In this document: in pieces, positions 30,301 through 36,336 of the stretch
Layout: every line of letters begins with the position of its first letter
Numbering within the stretch: the first letter of the stretch is position 1
IMG/VR virus record: IMGVR_UViG_3300045988_069682
Coordinates: 1-64,000 of that record
From: a virus
Length of the DNA stretch: 64,000 bases
Strand: one strand, 5' to 3'
The notes under the pieces: generated by a model
Told to the model about the DNA's origin: nothing
The model's database searches: none
The model's input: only the letters and a program-made list of their open reading frames with translations
Program-made: the position numbers and the translations under genes

Positions 30301-32876
30301 GGTTCGGCCTTAGGCTCAGCTTTAGGTTCAGCTTTAGGTTCAGCCTTAGGTTCAGCCTTAGGTTCAGCGATTCTATTAAGCGCAGCAGGAACCTTTACCC
30401 CTAGCTGTTCCGCAAGTTGCATTAATCCGTTAATGTTAGCAGTTTCCGCAACTTTTGCAGCAGCGGCCTTTTTCTTTTTGTTAAGAACTCTGCTGTTTTT
30501 TATTGCGCTTTTCAAAACGCCGCGGAAGTTTTGTACTGCATGGTAGTCGTCATCAGCGCCAAGTTCCCATGCCGCAATGCCATTTTCAGCTGCATCCATA
30601 ACAGCCGCTTTGCGTGGAGCAGTCAGTTTGCTAAACCATGCCCAAGCTTCTTCGTTTCCGTTCATTGCTGCATTGAATTTTTCAACAGCATCTTGATTGT
30701 CGTTTAAAAAGGTGCGCAACGCAGGAGCCGCTCTCAGTTGTCTAACGTCAAATCCTCCATTAGCGTTCAAAAAACGGTCGGAGCCTTTCCCCTTCTTTAA
30801 ACCATCTAAGATAGCTCGTTTAGAACTTTCGTAACGAACTTTGGCCTGTGTGCCGTAGTTTGCAACGGTTTCTGCTACACCTGTGTTGGCTTCTGGAGGC
30901 ACAGGGTACTGCGCTGCGTTTTTCTTGCCGTTGTTTTGTAACGAAGAAGGAGCCTTTGCACTATTTTTAATATTTTGTTGAAGCGCTCGTCCACGAGGCG
31001 GCAAATTGCTTGTATCGACAGCTAAGACTGTTCTCAGCCTTGCTACTTCTATATCGTATTGCTCTTTGCTTATTTCGCCGCGAGCGTATCTGCCAGCCAA
31101 ATCGTTTACTTCTTGTTCATATTCTGCTCTAAGTCTGCTCACATCTGCTTGCGAAGGCGTATCGTATCGCAAATTATAGCCTTTAAGTCGAGTGGCTGCT
31201 TCGTTCAGACGGGTTAATTGTTTATCTGCATCCCGACGGCTAACGCTGCCTAATTGTACTCTGTTTTCGATTTTAGCGCGTTTTTCTTCGGTCTTGCGGT
31301 CAACATCGCTATTTGCATATACACTAGGCTTTTGCGGCATCGGCAAACCCAAAACAGGCTCTTGCTTGTTGATAGCTTTATCGACACTATCCATAGCAGC
31401 CTTATAGTTAATGCCAAAATGCTGTTCTGGCGGTCTGAAATTCATGTTGCCGCCCCGTGCCATCGCGTCAACCAAAGTGCTTGGGCTTGCGCTCATCTCG
31501 TCGAGTTTTCGCCTGGTCGCAAACATGTTTTGAATCGCATCAGAATCAATTTTTTCTTTTTGCTCAGCCCCATCCCAGCCGAATTTCATAGCAGTATTTT
31601 TAATCAATTCAGCGTCTCCGCTAGAATTAACTGCATCTATTTCGTTGCGCTGTTCGTCACTTAGGGATGGATGTTCATAAAGGCTATCGAGATATTCTTG
31701 CGCCTGTGCAACATCATCGTTCGTTGGCTGTACTTCGGGCTGAACCGATTGCTGTGTCTCAGCGGCAGCTATCTGTTCCTGCTCATTCTTGCTGTTGAGG
31801 TAGTTGGCACCAGCTCTCATCGCAGCGTTGCCGCCACCGATAGCCAAGCCGCCTACACCGCCAACGGCAGCCTGTTGCAATGCTTCGTCGCTCCACTGTA
31901 AAGGGTTTACCACGCCGAGCAAATTCTGCTTGCCTTGCGCATATTCATGGGTGGATTGTTGCATACCTTCTTCCCAAGCGTTTTGCAAACCTTCACGGGT
32001 AACGCTGCCTAGAATGGCCATCATGCCTTCTTTGCCGATTTTTTTGCCGCCAGCTTTCTCTGCTTCCTTCAAGAATAATTTGCCCAAGCCAGCAGATTCA
32101 AAGGTGTTGCTTAAACCGAGCAGAGGCATCTGCAATGCGCCTACGATAAGAGCCTGTTTTCGTGCCTCGTCGATGTTCGCGCCACTTTCCAACGCTTCCG
32201 CACCAGCATTACCCATTTCAGAAGAAACTTCAACGGGGGTTTTCAAAATATTCAAAGCATAGAGCTTGCCCATAGGGCCATCCAACACCTTTGCAAGTTT
32301 GGGCATACCTGCTTTGGCGGCAGCTCTGCTCATGCCTCCGCTGATTTTACCTGCAAGGGCAAGGCCTCTAGCCGCGCCGCCAACACCTGCTGCACCACCA
32401 ACGCCAAGAGCGCCGAGGGCTGCGCCGCCAGTTGCTGCAACGGCGGCAGTCTCTGCACCAAGGACGGCCGAAGAGCCGAGCATATTAGCAACGTCATATG
32501 CCGCACCATCGCCATTAGTCCAGTAGTCGCTGGCGAATGGAATCATATCTGCAATAGTATATTCTTTTTTGCGGGCGTTGTTCTGCATAGATTCACCCAA
32601 CGCATTGGCTGTGGCACCGTCTCCAATGCCCATCAAGTTGCTCAACTGTGCTTGACCTTGCAGCACGCCCAAGGCACCGGATTTAAAGCCTCTGGTAAAA
32701 CCCCAACTGTCATCTTGAAGCGCACCTTGCTGCGCTGTGGGCAGCGCGCTTTCGTCGAGGTTCATTTGTTTCATATAAGAATCGGCGTATTCATGTGCTG
32801 GCATGTTGCCTAACTTTCGCATACGCTCGGAAAAGTTTTTGTACCCTTCACTTGGGTTTTCGTAATCAAACATCAT
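21366..32876 (-). CDS. giant multi-module virion-associated (internal/ejection, polyvalent-type) protein, ~3,836 aa
   Basis: Uninterrupted 11.5-kb ORF. AGGAGG lies just upstream of ATGATG (32876/32873). It contains two HExxH motifs, tandem AEPK repeats, internal module duplications and a hydrophobic N-terminus. It is the last structural gene before the lysis cassette. Confidence 0.85.
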   Translation of the reverse strand: MMFDYENPSEGYKNFSERMRKLGNMPAHEYADSYMKQMNLDESALPTAQQGALQDDSWGFTRGFKSGALGVLQGQAQLSNLMGIGDGATANALGESMQNNARKKEYTIADMIPFASDYWTNGDGAAYDVANMLGSSAVLGAETAAVAATGGAALGALGVGGAAGVGGAARGLALAGKISGGMSRAAAKAGMPKLAKVLDGPMGKLYALNILKTPVEVSSEMGNAGAEALESGANIDEARKQALIVGALQMPLLGLSNTFESAGLGKLFLKEAEKAGGKKIGKEGMMAILGSVTREGLQNAWEEGMQQSTHEYAQGKQNLLGVVNPLQWSDEALQQAAVGGVGGLAIGGGNAAMRAGANYLNSKNEQEQIAAAETQQSVQPEVQPTNDDVAQAQEYLDSLYEHPSLSDEQRNEIDAVNSSGDAELIKNTAMKFGWDGAEQKEKIDSDAIQNMFATRRKLDEMSASPSTLVDAMARGGNMNFRPPEQHFGINYKAAMDSVDKAINKQEPVLGLPMPQKPSVYANSDVDRKTEEKRAKIENRVQLGSVSRRDADKQLTRLNEAATRLKGYNLRYDTPSQADVSRLRAEYEQEVNDLAGRYARGEISKEQYDIEVARLRTVLAVDTSNLPPRGRALQQNIKNSAKAPSSLQNNGKKNAAQYPVPPEANTGVAETVANYGTQAKVRYESSKRAILDGLKKGKGSDRFLNANGGFDVRQLRAAPALRTFLNDNQDAVEKFNAAMNGNEEAWAWFSKLTAPRKAAVMDAAENGIAAWELGADDDYHAVQNFRGVLKSAIKNSRVLNKKKKAAAAKVAETANINGLMQLAEQLGVKVPAALNRIAEPKAEPKAEPKAEPKAEPKAEPKAEPKTEPKAEPKAEPKAEPKTEPKAEPEEREQEMQKTLPKIKFGKKELTPILTDDGKTVTISWPKGTETTDEQRKIIYEAGFKYDGNAKAIKAPYNAEVKTALEKLSGAKIDVEPKTEVQTLREIFASNGIDTSKAVELPKAPKVNLTDVLDKLKNADDVNADDKTDTSTTDVGKLLCTIRLNGVKGEVRSLPDGRVSLKMEKRVKFTKEEKQAYKKAGFAWKSKEEGSIAENTPALDEFLKKYLVQDASDNNANGNTVTPAKGKKPKQDDNTNKNEVGKADKLPTIQVGGKELNPILRQKDNMVWIAPSDKLPLDVRKSLGQAGFHWDSGGFYYAPYGQSKVKDFLEKHQKDNINGNKGTPGLDAASASVKNFFASNGIDTSKPVELPTVPKVTLTDVLDKLKNANTDNTEGTTDTSTADVGSGSGEGEPPIRQQADIETKPDVSAIVKGLNTDNNGLYLMNKKTPVDNIELIQKYNEATLLEQVKGICDKWRNGETSIDEASKEVNALKRVYARSERQVPTVSKDCIEKIEETRKQMFIDREADAKEQHRKQLEADKRAREEAEAPRKEFYQKALKDAKEAAENVVKQHKEGKIFLEEALDSLEKIKSELERKLEASKDSAGKGDFLRVDDRKSVYDKQVAAVKKEQEQIDKKILESATTDAMADGNETLSKEGQEVYDWVKSSLSNDSKKRFSTNAIEAAAQLLAFRAQTWSRLFNKYLGANYTPLAFAQRYKFAFFDDKIDNRFSAGTAGLTTQIFTADKTARGRLAFSGKASTTTLFHEMAHMFFADFALVAESPLAPQKLKDDFKRLREWIGNGADKTSKEYTQAPYFNSEQRSKSDGGPVDEERFSQAIIKHIADADTPIPWLNKLFADLKAEIQSYIEKFMLKIQKALGRESEKSKKWANAYTFDFEIPADVKRIINEVVFSGKDEVSKPFAERIKELDDLRNQIDTMLGGDSHVGAAEARDFQMNLANASKSDDEYTSEQNTSLAAARNSIWLEFDEKRAKHDARVALAEVKNGNTDANIVARAASGLIEGNPDELETLPKEALNILDSVLSEQEKEDVADIGRDSIAAAVTADYATDGKLDEDFDALIKGLKDDELSDETIDAVKKYADAMLQALQKYQELYDKHEAVEEIAKAAKETSNAVAVENKASHADYDSKPEGTDNSNKRYVNKTRDSSKLVALHNLTMESLSDVIFGKTNGTFVSPSLAIIRDGEPYSNYGEITLIGGKELIDPSTGAAKVYERDAWTPTIPKEKIIDGESYFFNPAEGKDVPFTTENLERYMLKQAYPRAHWSEGKRMTYGQFLAFVAREFKSVDDMHKASGSLSRDFDNPTIRSNYDKVGDDALIAIAKVINSDDPSEKHLMEELVGKEAFKENPNLVNALPNERALNLFHSVKKLVKTEYFEAKSQRSVNLGDFKAAVVPQKYADTKEVKAMMDAGLHIEFYDSDSKIGAVRQKALDTALHKANQKAEVKFSVRESEFGEKILRSRDEILEKCKKLFGTDDIQVNDNSTFTIITKGGNKFTLDIQNNLLVNEAEAERARKEHGIADDADMTIEGYYRPMYSSDVEGIISVSLDSRENTEAHEATHAAIDLALNEQEKKILFDRAEKIAEEYGIEKDAEEIAADAVRNFVSAREHGYITDFTKSEIEKLQKTPWGRMMLRANRVGGKAALFTKLHETELQKTAWGRMILAKNKLQRLVAKLMRKVYDFIKKAQAMFEKVDNFHDLARRIELGEVWGDEGSKRNSDGDKHQAKKSKLDEALQKKIDEDSDRFAAMVDEWSKNPKKWFEEHKFETVDFMRQTPLALVLTGAKQYPLKISSGFFGHSTKTKHPGMTPAVIKQIPKAMAEPLMILKDFEDVKGVKKEFPNKRVLVLGVKNEYGATVVVPVKLEVDVERKRTVVNMPQTAFGVGGAKPSYQYFINALENNGELLYLDSKKSLAWAKAAKDARTDTLTGLIRKRASDESILHKQDLVNARQTNPCKYSARSKPRSQDPGITGINEAYKRKLEEAYAAGAGDNRITAIMNEHQKELAEYLKDKGEKQKERTKLRAAEIRSLRKKLHAKEIESFSLAGAVVRLGKDGKEVVEKIDDGLPNRTYVNKRHEGEKTANAAQKLGSRIAREEPKTRTQKVKEWIVDAKSQFYKHFVDKYDALHLLDDAIAKASGEKIDGANTILGRMNMAANSASGMAMALLEGNADELKQAANKYGIKNMVSLQMLMEKIGTDMKAGRFTNYVKSTNPQGKAELEEHISAIENYLVARSLLESAQNHRLDYDRSVAEWEKKGSHGDKPIFEPYKFPGGMTEQEIRQVIKEAPVGFKEYAKMFKGITDNMLDILYNTGLITGDRYLATKSRYKAYCPLMRDFSDTAAVDSFIDQINSGKGLANVSDPLKNRSSEGSERDIVPPLRTIVTSINALTQKAERNRVGQYAVKQANKYKLDDYIKEVKGNSGDAKNCIFTVMFNGEKHSYQTIPEMYPAITAAVKPLVEIEMALLTKPAQWLRTGSTMSPSFILRNLIRDTLFAGIASKNGFVPIYDSIRGMNALLNNQQLRSEFNASGVISSNFYGDGESVMRSLESMAGGKKWQKLGLLDIIKGIFHKPIEGLEWISNLAEAGTRMGEFMRAREKGKSVDQAAYDAVEITLNFGRSGATGQQINRMVPFFNACIQGGDKLYRMFKADPRRTLLRIGTYIVLPSIVLWLWNHDEDWYKELDPNVKMTNWILPNGIRIPKPQEAGILFGSGAEAMLDTANGQDPKAMANWRTQARDALMPGVIPTLFLPLAEWITNYSFFRGKPIVSKSQERLPDELQYGPYTSEMSKALGDNPIMKLSPVKIDNLWRGYTGTMGMFLWQAPDLLIAEKRNLPEKKLSEMAFVRDFVVNDMNLTRTMNDFYQLKEASAKWQAGYGKKGKPTVAVSGVNTAANTISKLQKEIRDITTNPKYTPAQKRMLVDKNRAKQQKVAQLCLKKYGDKFDI
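30217..30369 (-). repeat. 12-nt tandem repeat x ~13 encoding (A/T)EPK
   Basis: ggctcagcttta-type units with synonymous variation. In frame within the giant ORF. Confidence 0.9.
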
Positions 32877-32883
32877 GTTCCTC

Positions 32884-34692
32884 CTAGTGCTTTTTAACCC
32901 AGTTTGCAACGTCCGTTAGCTTAAAGTTATTCCACTCATCTCCCAAGGCTTCTAGAGATGCCAATATGCCAGTATGTCCGTTGGCGTTTGGAACTTCCTC
33001 TGGCTCTGGAGTAGATGCCGAAGTATTGTTGCTCAAAACATTGTCAAATTCTTCTCTGGCACCCTCGCCATCAGAGTTTTCCATATCTCCGTATGTATCT
33101 CTAAGCCACTTATCTACGGTTCGTTGCTCATCTTCGCCGAGACCACTATCAAAGTAAATCCAGTTGCGGGCTTCATCATAAGTCAGTTCACCGTTGCCAA
33201 TAGCTTTTTGGAGTTCAGCCTTAACCACACTAGCTGGAACAACATAATTATCGCCAGCCATGTAACGGTCGTAAGCCGCCAATGTATTAGTGGCGGATTG
33301 TTTCATTTCTGGACTGGCGTTCGGATTCTCTAAAACGCCTCTAGCCCACTCTACGCGCTTGTCCCATGTTGGGCCTTTGCTCGAAGAACCGCCGCCAGCA
33401 GCGCTTCTGCTTCTACCACCGCCAGAACCGCCGCCATAGCCGCCTCTGCCGCCTCTGCTACCCCCGCCACCACCGCCATAGCTATACGAAGGCGCTTTGC
33501 CAGCAATGTAACCCATGCTCTGCAAATCTTTCTGAGAGTAACGGGTGTCGCCTGTTTCGAGGAAATTCTTAGCTTCCTGTTCAGAATAGCCACGGTTTTT
33601 CATCAGCATCTTAACAGATTGGTCGTATTTATACTGCTCCAAGAAGTCGCTCTGGTTACGTTTGAATTGCCCAGATAAGCCTTCTGCCAGAATCGGGTTC
33701 AACTGACGCATCCTTGCATATGTCAATGCAGAAGCATCAATCTGCCCACTTTGTACCTGTTGTTTGTAAAGGTCATACAAGGCGTTGAATTGCTGTGCGT
33801 TGTTTTGCTCGACCTTGTTTGCAATGTCCGGTTCAATAATCTTCATTACCTGCTCAATCTGATATGGTGTTCTGCCGTTTTTTAACATTTCCGAACGGGC
33901 AATAGCCGAAAGACTTTCTTTGCTAAGAGGAATGTTGTTCAGATTCGCATTAGCAATCTGACCTTTTGCCGCAAGAGCTGTAATGGTGCGCTTATCTTCT
34001 TCGGGATTGTCAGTGCCGCTGTATTTTTGTACAACATAGTCCTGCTTCTCTGCTTTCAAATCTCGTGGAGCCTCAACCACAGGAGCCGCAACGCCTTGCC
34101 CATTAGCGGATGCGTCTGAGGAAGGGGTTGTCTGTGGCTGAGGCTGAGAAAAATTTGCAGACGGCACCTGCTGACCGTTAACAGTTAAATTCTGCGGCTG
34201 ATACTGCTGCGGAATACTGCCTGTTGCACTGATAGCCGCACTTTGTGGCTGAGCAAAATCCATAGAACTGATTGTGCCGCCTTGGGGAGCTGCTACGATG
34301 CCTTGACCGAAATTCAGCCCATTTGCGCCAGCGCCGATATTGCCAGCGTTTTCATAGCCAGTGCCTTGCTGCTGATGGAAACTTCCTGCACTTCCCGGCA
34401 TTGCTACCTGTTGACCGTCCACAGTTACGTTGCCGCCGCCAAACGCTCCTGTCGCGTCTTGGCCTTGCCCTTCCATCAACGCTTTCATTGCGGCATTTAT
34501 GGCTTCGGTACTTTCATCAATACCCTTCTGGGTGCCTCTGCGATTATAATTCTGCCCCCAGATTGCTCCCAGCAAGCCGCCAAGGTTATAAAAAATATCA
34601 TTGCTGCTTGAGCCTGTTGAAAAACCTGTGCTCGGGTTAATCTTAACTCCGTAGTTAGGGTTCATTTTCATTCCGTATGCGCCATAACTCAT
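32884..34692 (-). CDS. low-complexity virion protein with RGG/Gly-rich tract (602 aa)
   Basis: TAAGGAGCG SD upstream. Q/N/G-rich N-terminal half, then SYGGGGGGSRGGRGGYGGGSGGGRSRS. Confidence 0.75.
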   Translation of the reverse strand: MSYGAYGMKMNPNYGVKINPSTGFSTGSSSNDIFYNLGGLLGAIWGQNYNRRGTQKGIDESTEAINAAMKALMEGQGQDATGAFGGGNVTVDGQQVAMPGSAGSFHQQQGTGYENAGNIGAGANGLNFGQGIVAAPQGGTISSMDFAQPQSAAISATGSIPQQYQPQNLTVNGQQVPSANFSQPQPQTTPSSDASANGQGVAAPVVEAPRDLKAEKQDYVVQKYSGTDNPEEDKRTITALAAKGQIANANLNNIPLSKESLSAIARSEMLKNGRTPYQIEQVMKIIEPDIANKVEQNNAQQFNALYDLYKQQVQSGQIDASALTYARMRQLNPILAEGLSGQFKRNQSDFLEQYKYDQSVKMLMKNRGYSEQEAKNFLETGDTRYSQKDLQSMGYIAGKAPSYSYGGGGGGSRGGRGGYGGGSGGGRSRSAAGGGSSSKGPTWDKRVEWARGVLENPNASPEMKQSATNTLAAYDRYMAGDNYVVPASVVKAELQKAIGNGELTYDEARNWIYFDSGLGEDEQRTVDKWLRDTYGDMENSDGEGAREEFDNVLSNNTSASTPEPEEVPNANGHTGILASLEALGDEWNNFKLTDVANWVKKH

Positions 34693-34707
34693 TCCGTATC
34701 ACGCTCC

Positions 34708-35823
34708 TTACCATTCGTTTGTTGCGCCTTTGGCGATAAAGCCGTTGGCGTAATATGCGTTAGTTCCTGTCAACTTCATGTCGTAAACTTTTCTTGTGCC
34801 ATTGAAGATGACACTTTTGACTTTGCCGACATTCTTCAAGTTATCGCCAATTCTCAGCATCGCTACATCGCGCCATGTGCCGTCAGCTTTCATTAAAGGC
34901 TGAGTCAGTGTTGTGATTACGTCGTGCATGTCGCCGCCCTCGTCTTGGCAGATAACCATATAAACTTCGCTATCCAGCGGTTCCATAATCTCGACAACTT
35001 CTTCGACCTGCTTCTTATCACGAACATGGTCGTATGCCAAAACTTTGTCACCGGAAACGATTTCTCTGATAGCCTTAGTCCCTTTGGTTGTTTTAATGGG
35101 AGTTTCACCAACAAAGCAAGCGATAGCAGACGCACCGAGGTTGAGAGCACCGCCAAGGAAGCTACCCCAGCCGCTGCCGCCGCTTTGGCTTGATGTGCTG
35201 GTTGTGGTGCCAGTGCCCTTCATGGCATCCAGTGCACCCAATGTACCTCCGCTGTTCAAGCCAAGGGATGCGTTCCACAGATTCAGAGCTGGCTGCTGAG
35301 CCGCCTGTTGTGCCGCAGCAGAAGTAGTAATGTTCTGACCAGCCAAAGAAGCCTGCTGGCCATACAAGCCGTTCAATGTGCCGATATTGCTCTGATACTG
35401 TTGAGCCATGGCATCGGCAGCGTTCTTGGAAATATCGTTCAGAGCTGTGTTTGTCACGCTGCTGTTAAGGATGCCTCTGGAACCAAGGCTGTTAAGAGTG
35501 CTGCCCATAGTGTTGTTTACGCCGCTTCGGATAGCGTTCTCCATGTTCTGCTGATATGCAGACGGCAAAATGCCTTGTGTCAGATTGGCTACACCTTGTT
35601 GCGCCGCAGAGGTCTGCTGATTGGCGTTGTTTAATAACTGGTTGTAGTCAACTTGGATTGTACCCAAGCTGTCTTGCAGTAAACCTCTCGCTACGCCGTT
35701 CAGCCACAGTGCGTTAGGTGCAATAGCCTCGGAATAATCAGCGGCCGCTTTTTGCAGTCGAATTTCCTGCTCTGTTGGTTTGTAGGATTGTACAGTTGTC
35801 GAACTGCCGCCTTTTTTACCCAT
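34708..35823 (-). CDS. virion protein with C-terminal Hint (Hedgehog/intein-like) domain (371 aa)
   Basis: The Hint module starts at ...SAIA|CFVGETPIKT and ends at VYDMKLTGTNAYYANGFIAKG, leaving only 5 residues after it. The N-terminal ~230 aa are Q/N/A/G-rich. Confidence 0.7.
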   Translation of the reverse strand: MGKKGGSSTTVQSYKPTEQEIRLQKAAADYSEAIAPNALWLNGVARGLLQDSLGTIQVDYNQLLNNANQQTSAAQQGVANLTQGILPSAYQQNMENAIRSGVNNTMGSTLNSLGSRGILNSSVTNTALNDISKNAADAMAQQYQSNIGTLNGLYGQQASLAGQNITTSAAAQQAAQQPALNLWNASLGLNSGGTLGALDAMKGTGTTTSTSSQSGGSGWGSFLGGALNLGASAIACFVGETPIKTTKGTKAIREIVSGDKVLAYDHVRDKKQVEEVVEIMEPLDSEVYMVICQDEGGDMHDVITTLTQPLMKADGTWRDVAMLRIGDNLKNVGKVKSVIFNGTRKVYDMKLTGTNAYYANGFIAKGATNEW

Positions 35824-36310
35824 TAAGCACACCCTCTTTCCGTAATTTCTCTTTCATTTTTTCAATTAGCGGGCTGGTTGCTTTGGTGTTGAAATAATGA
35901 GTTACCCAATAAACTGGCTCGCCTGTCTTTTCGTCGTTGTGTTTGTGTGTGATGATAACCAATCTGCCGATGCTGTCTTGGCACCAATAACGGAAGCGCC
36001 CGTCAACATCTTCCTTTTCGATTGTCTCCCAGCCAAAGCCGCGGATGTACGGTTCGATGTGTCGGGTGCAAATGCTGGCTACACACTCAAAACCAGCCGT
36101 GCAGCTTACGAGTTCAGCATAATCACGCCAAAATTTAGCGTCGCCGCATACTTGGTAAATAATCATCATTTTGCCTTCAAAGTCGGGCTTCATGCTCGCG
36201 AAACCTCTTTCCGGCATATACAAAAGGCGATAGCCCGGTAATAAATCAAAGCTATCGCCTGTTTTGATTTCATAAATTTCAATCCATTCTTTAAGGCTTT
36301 TAGCCTTCAT
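35816..36310 (-). CDS. hypothetical structural-module protein (164 aa)
   Basis: AAAGGCGGT SD upstream. No motif recognised. Confidence 0.65.
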   Translation of the reverse strand: MKAKSLKEWIEIYEIKTGDSFDLLPGYRLLYMPERGFASMKPDFEGKMMIIYQVCGDAKFWRDYAELVSCTAGFECVASICTRHIEPYIRGFGWETIEKEDVDGRFRYWCQDSIGRLVIITHKHNDEKTGEPVYWVTHYFNTKATSPLIEKMKEKLRKEGVLNG

Positions 36311-36336
36311 ATTACATTACCGCCTTTCTGTTCTAA

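Noticed and set aside
30217-30369. A regular short tandem repeat that might be mistaken for a CRISPR-like array
   Set aside because: The units are 12 nt with no spacers, sit in frame inside the giant ORF and encode (A/T)EPK. No cas genes are present anywhere in the window.
21366-32909. The giant ORF as a conventional tape-measure protein
   Set aside because: It lies after the fibre genes rather than between tail-tube/chaperone genes and baseplate genes. No tube or sheath candidates were recognised, and it carries HExxH and repeated globular modules. This rejection is tentative without profile searches.
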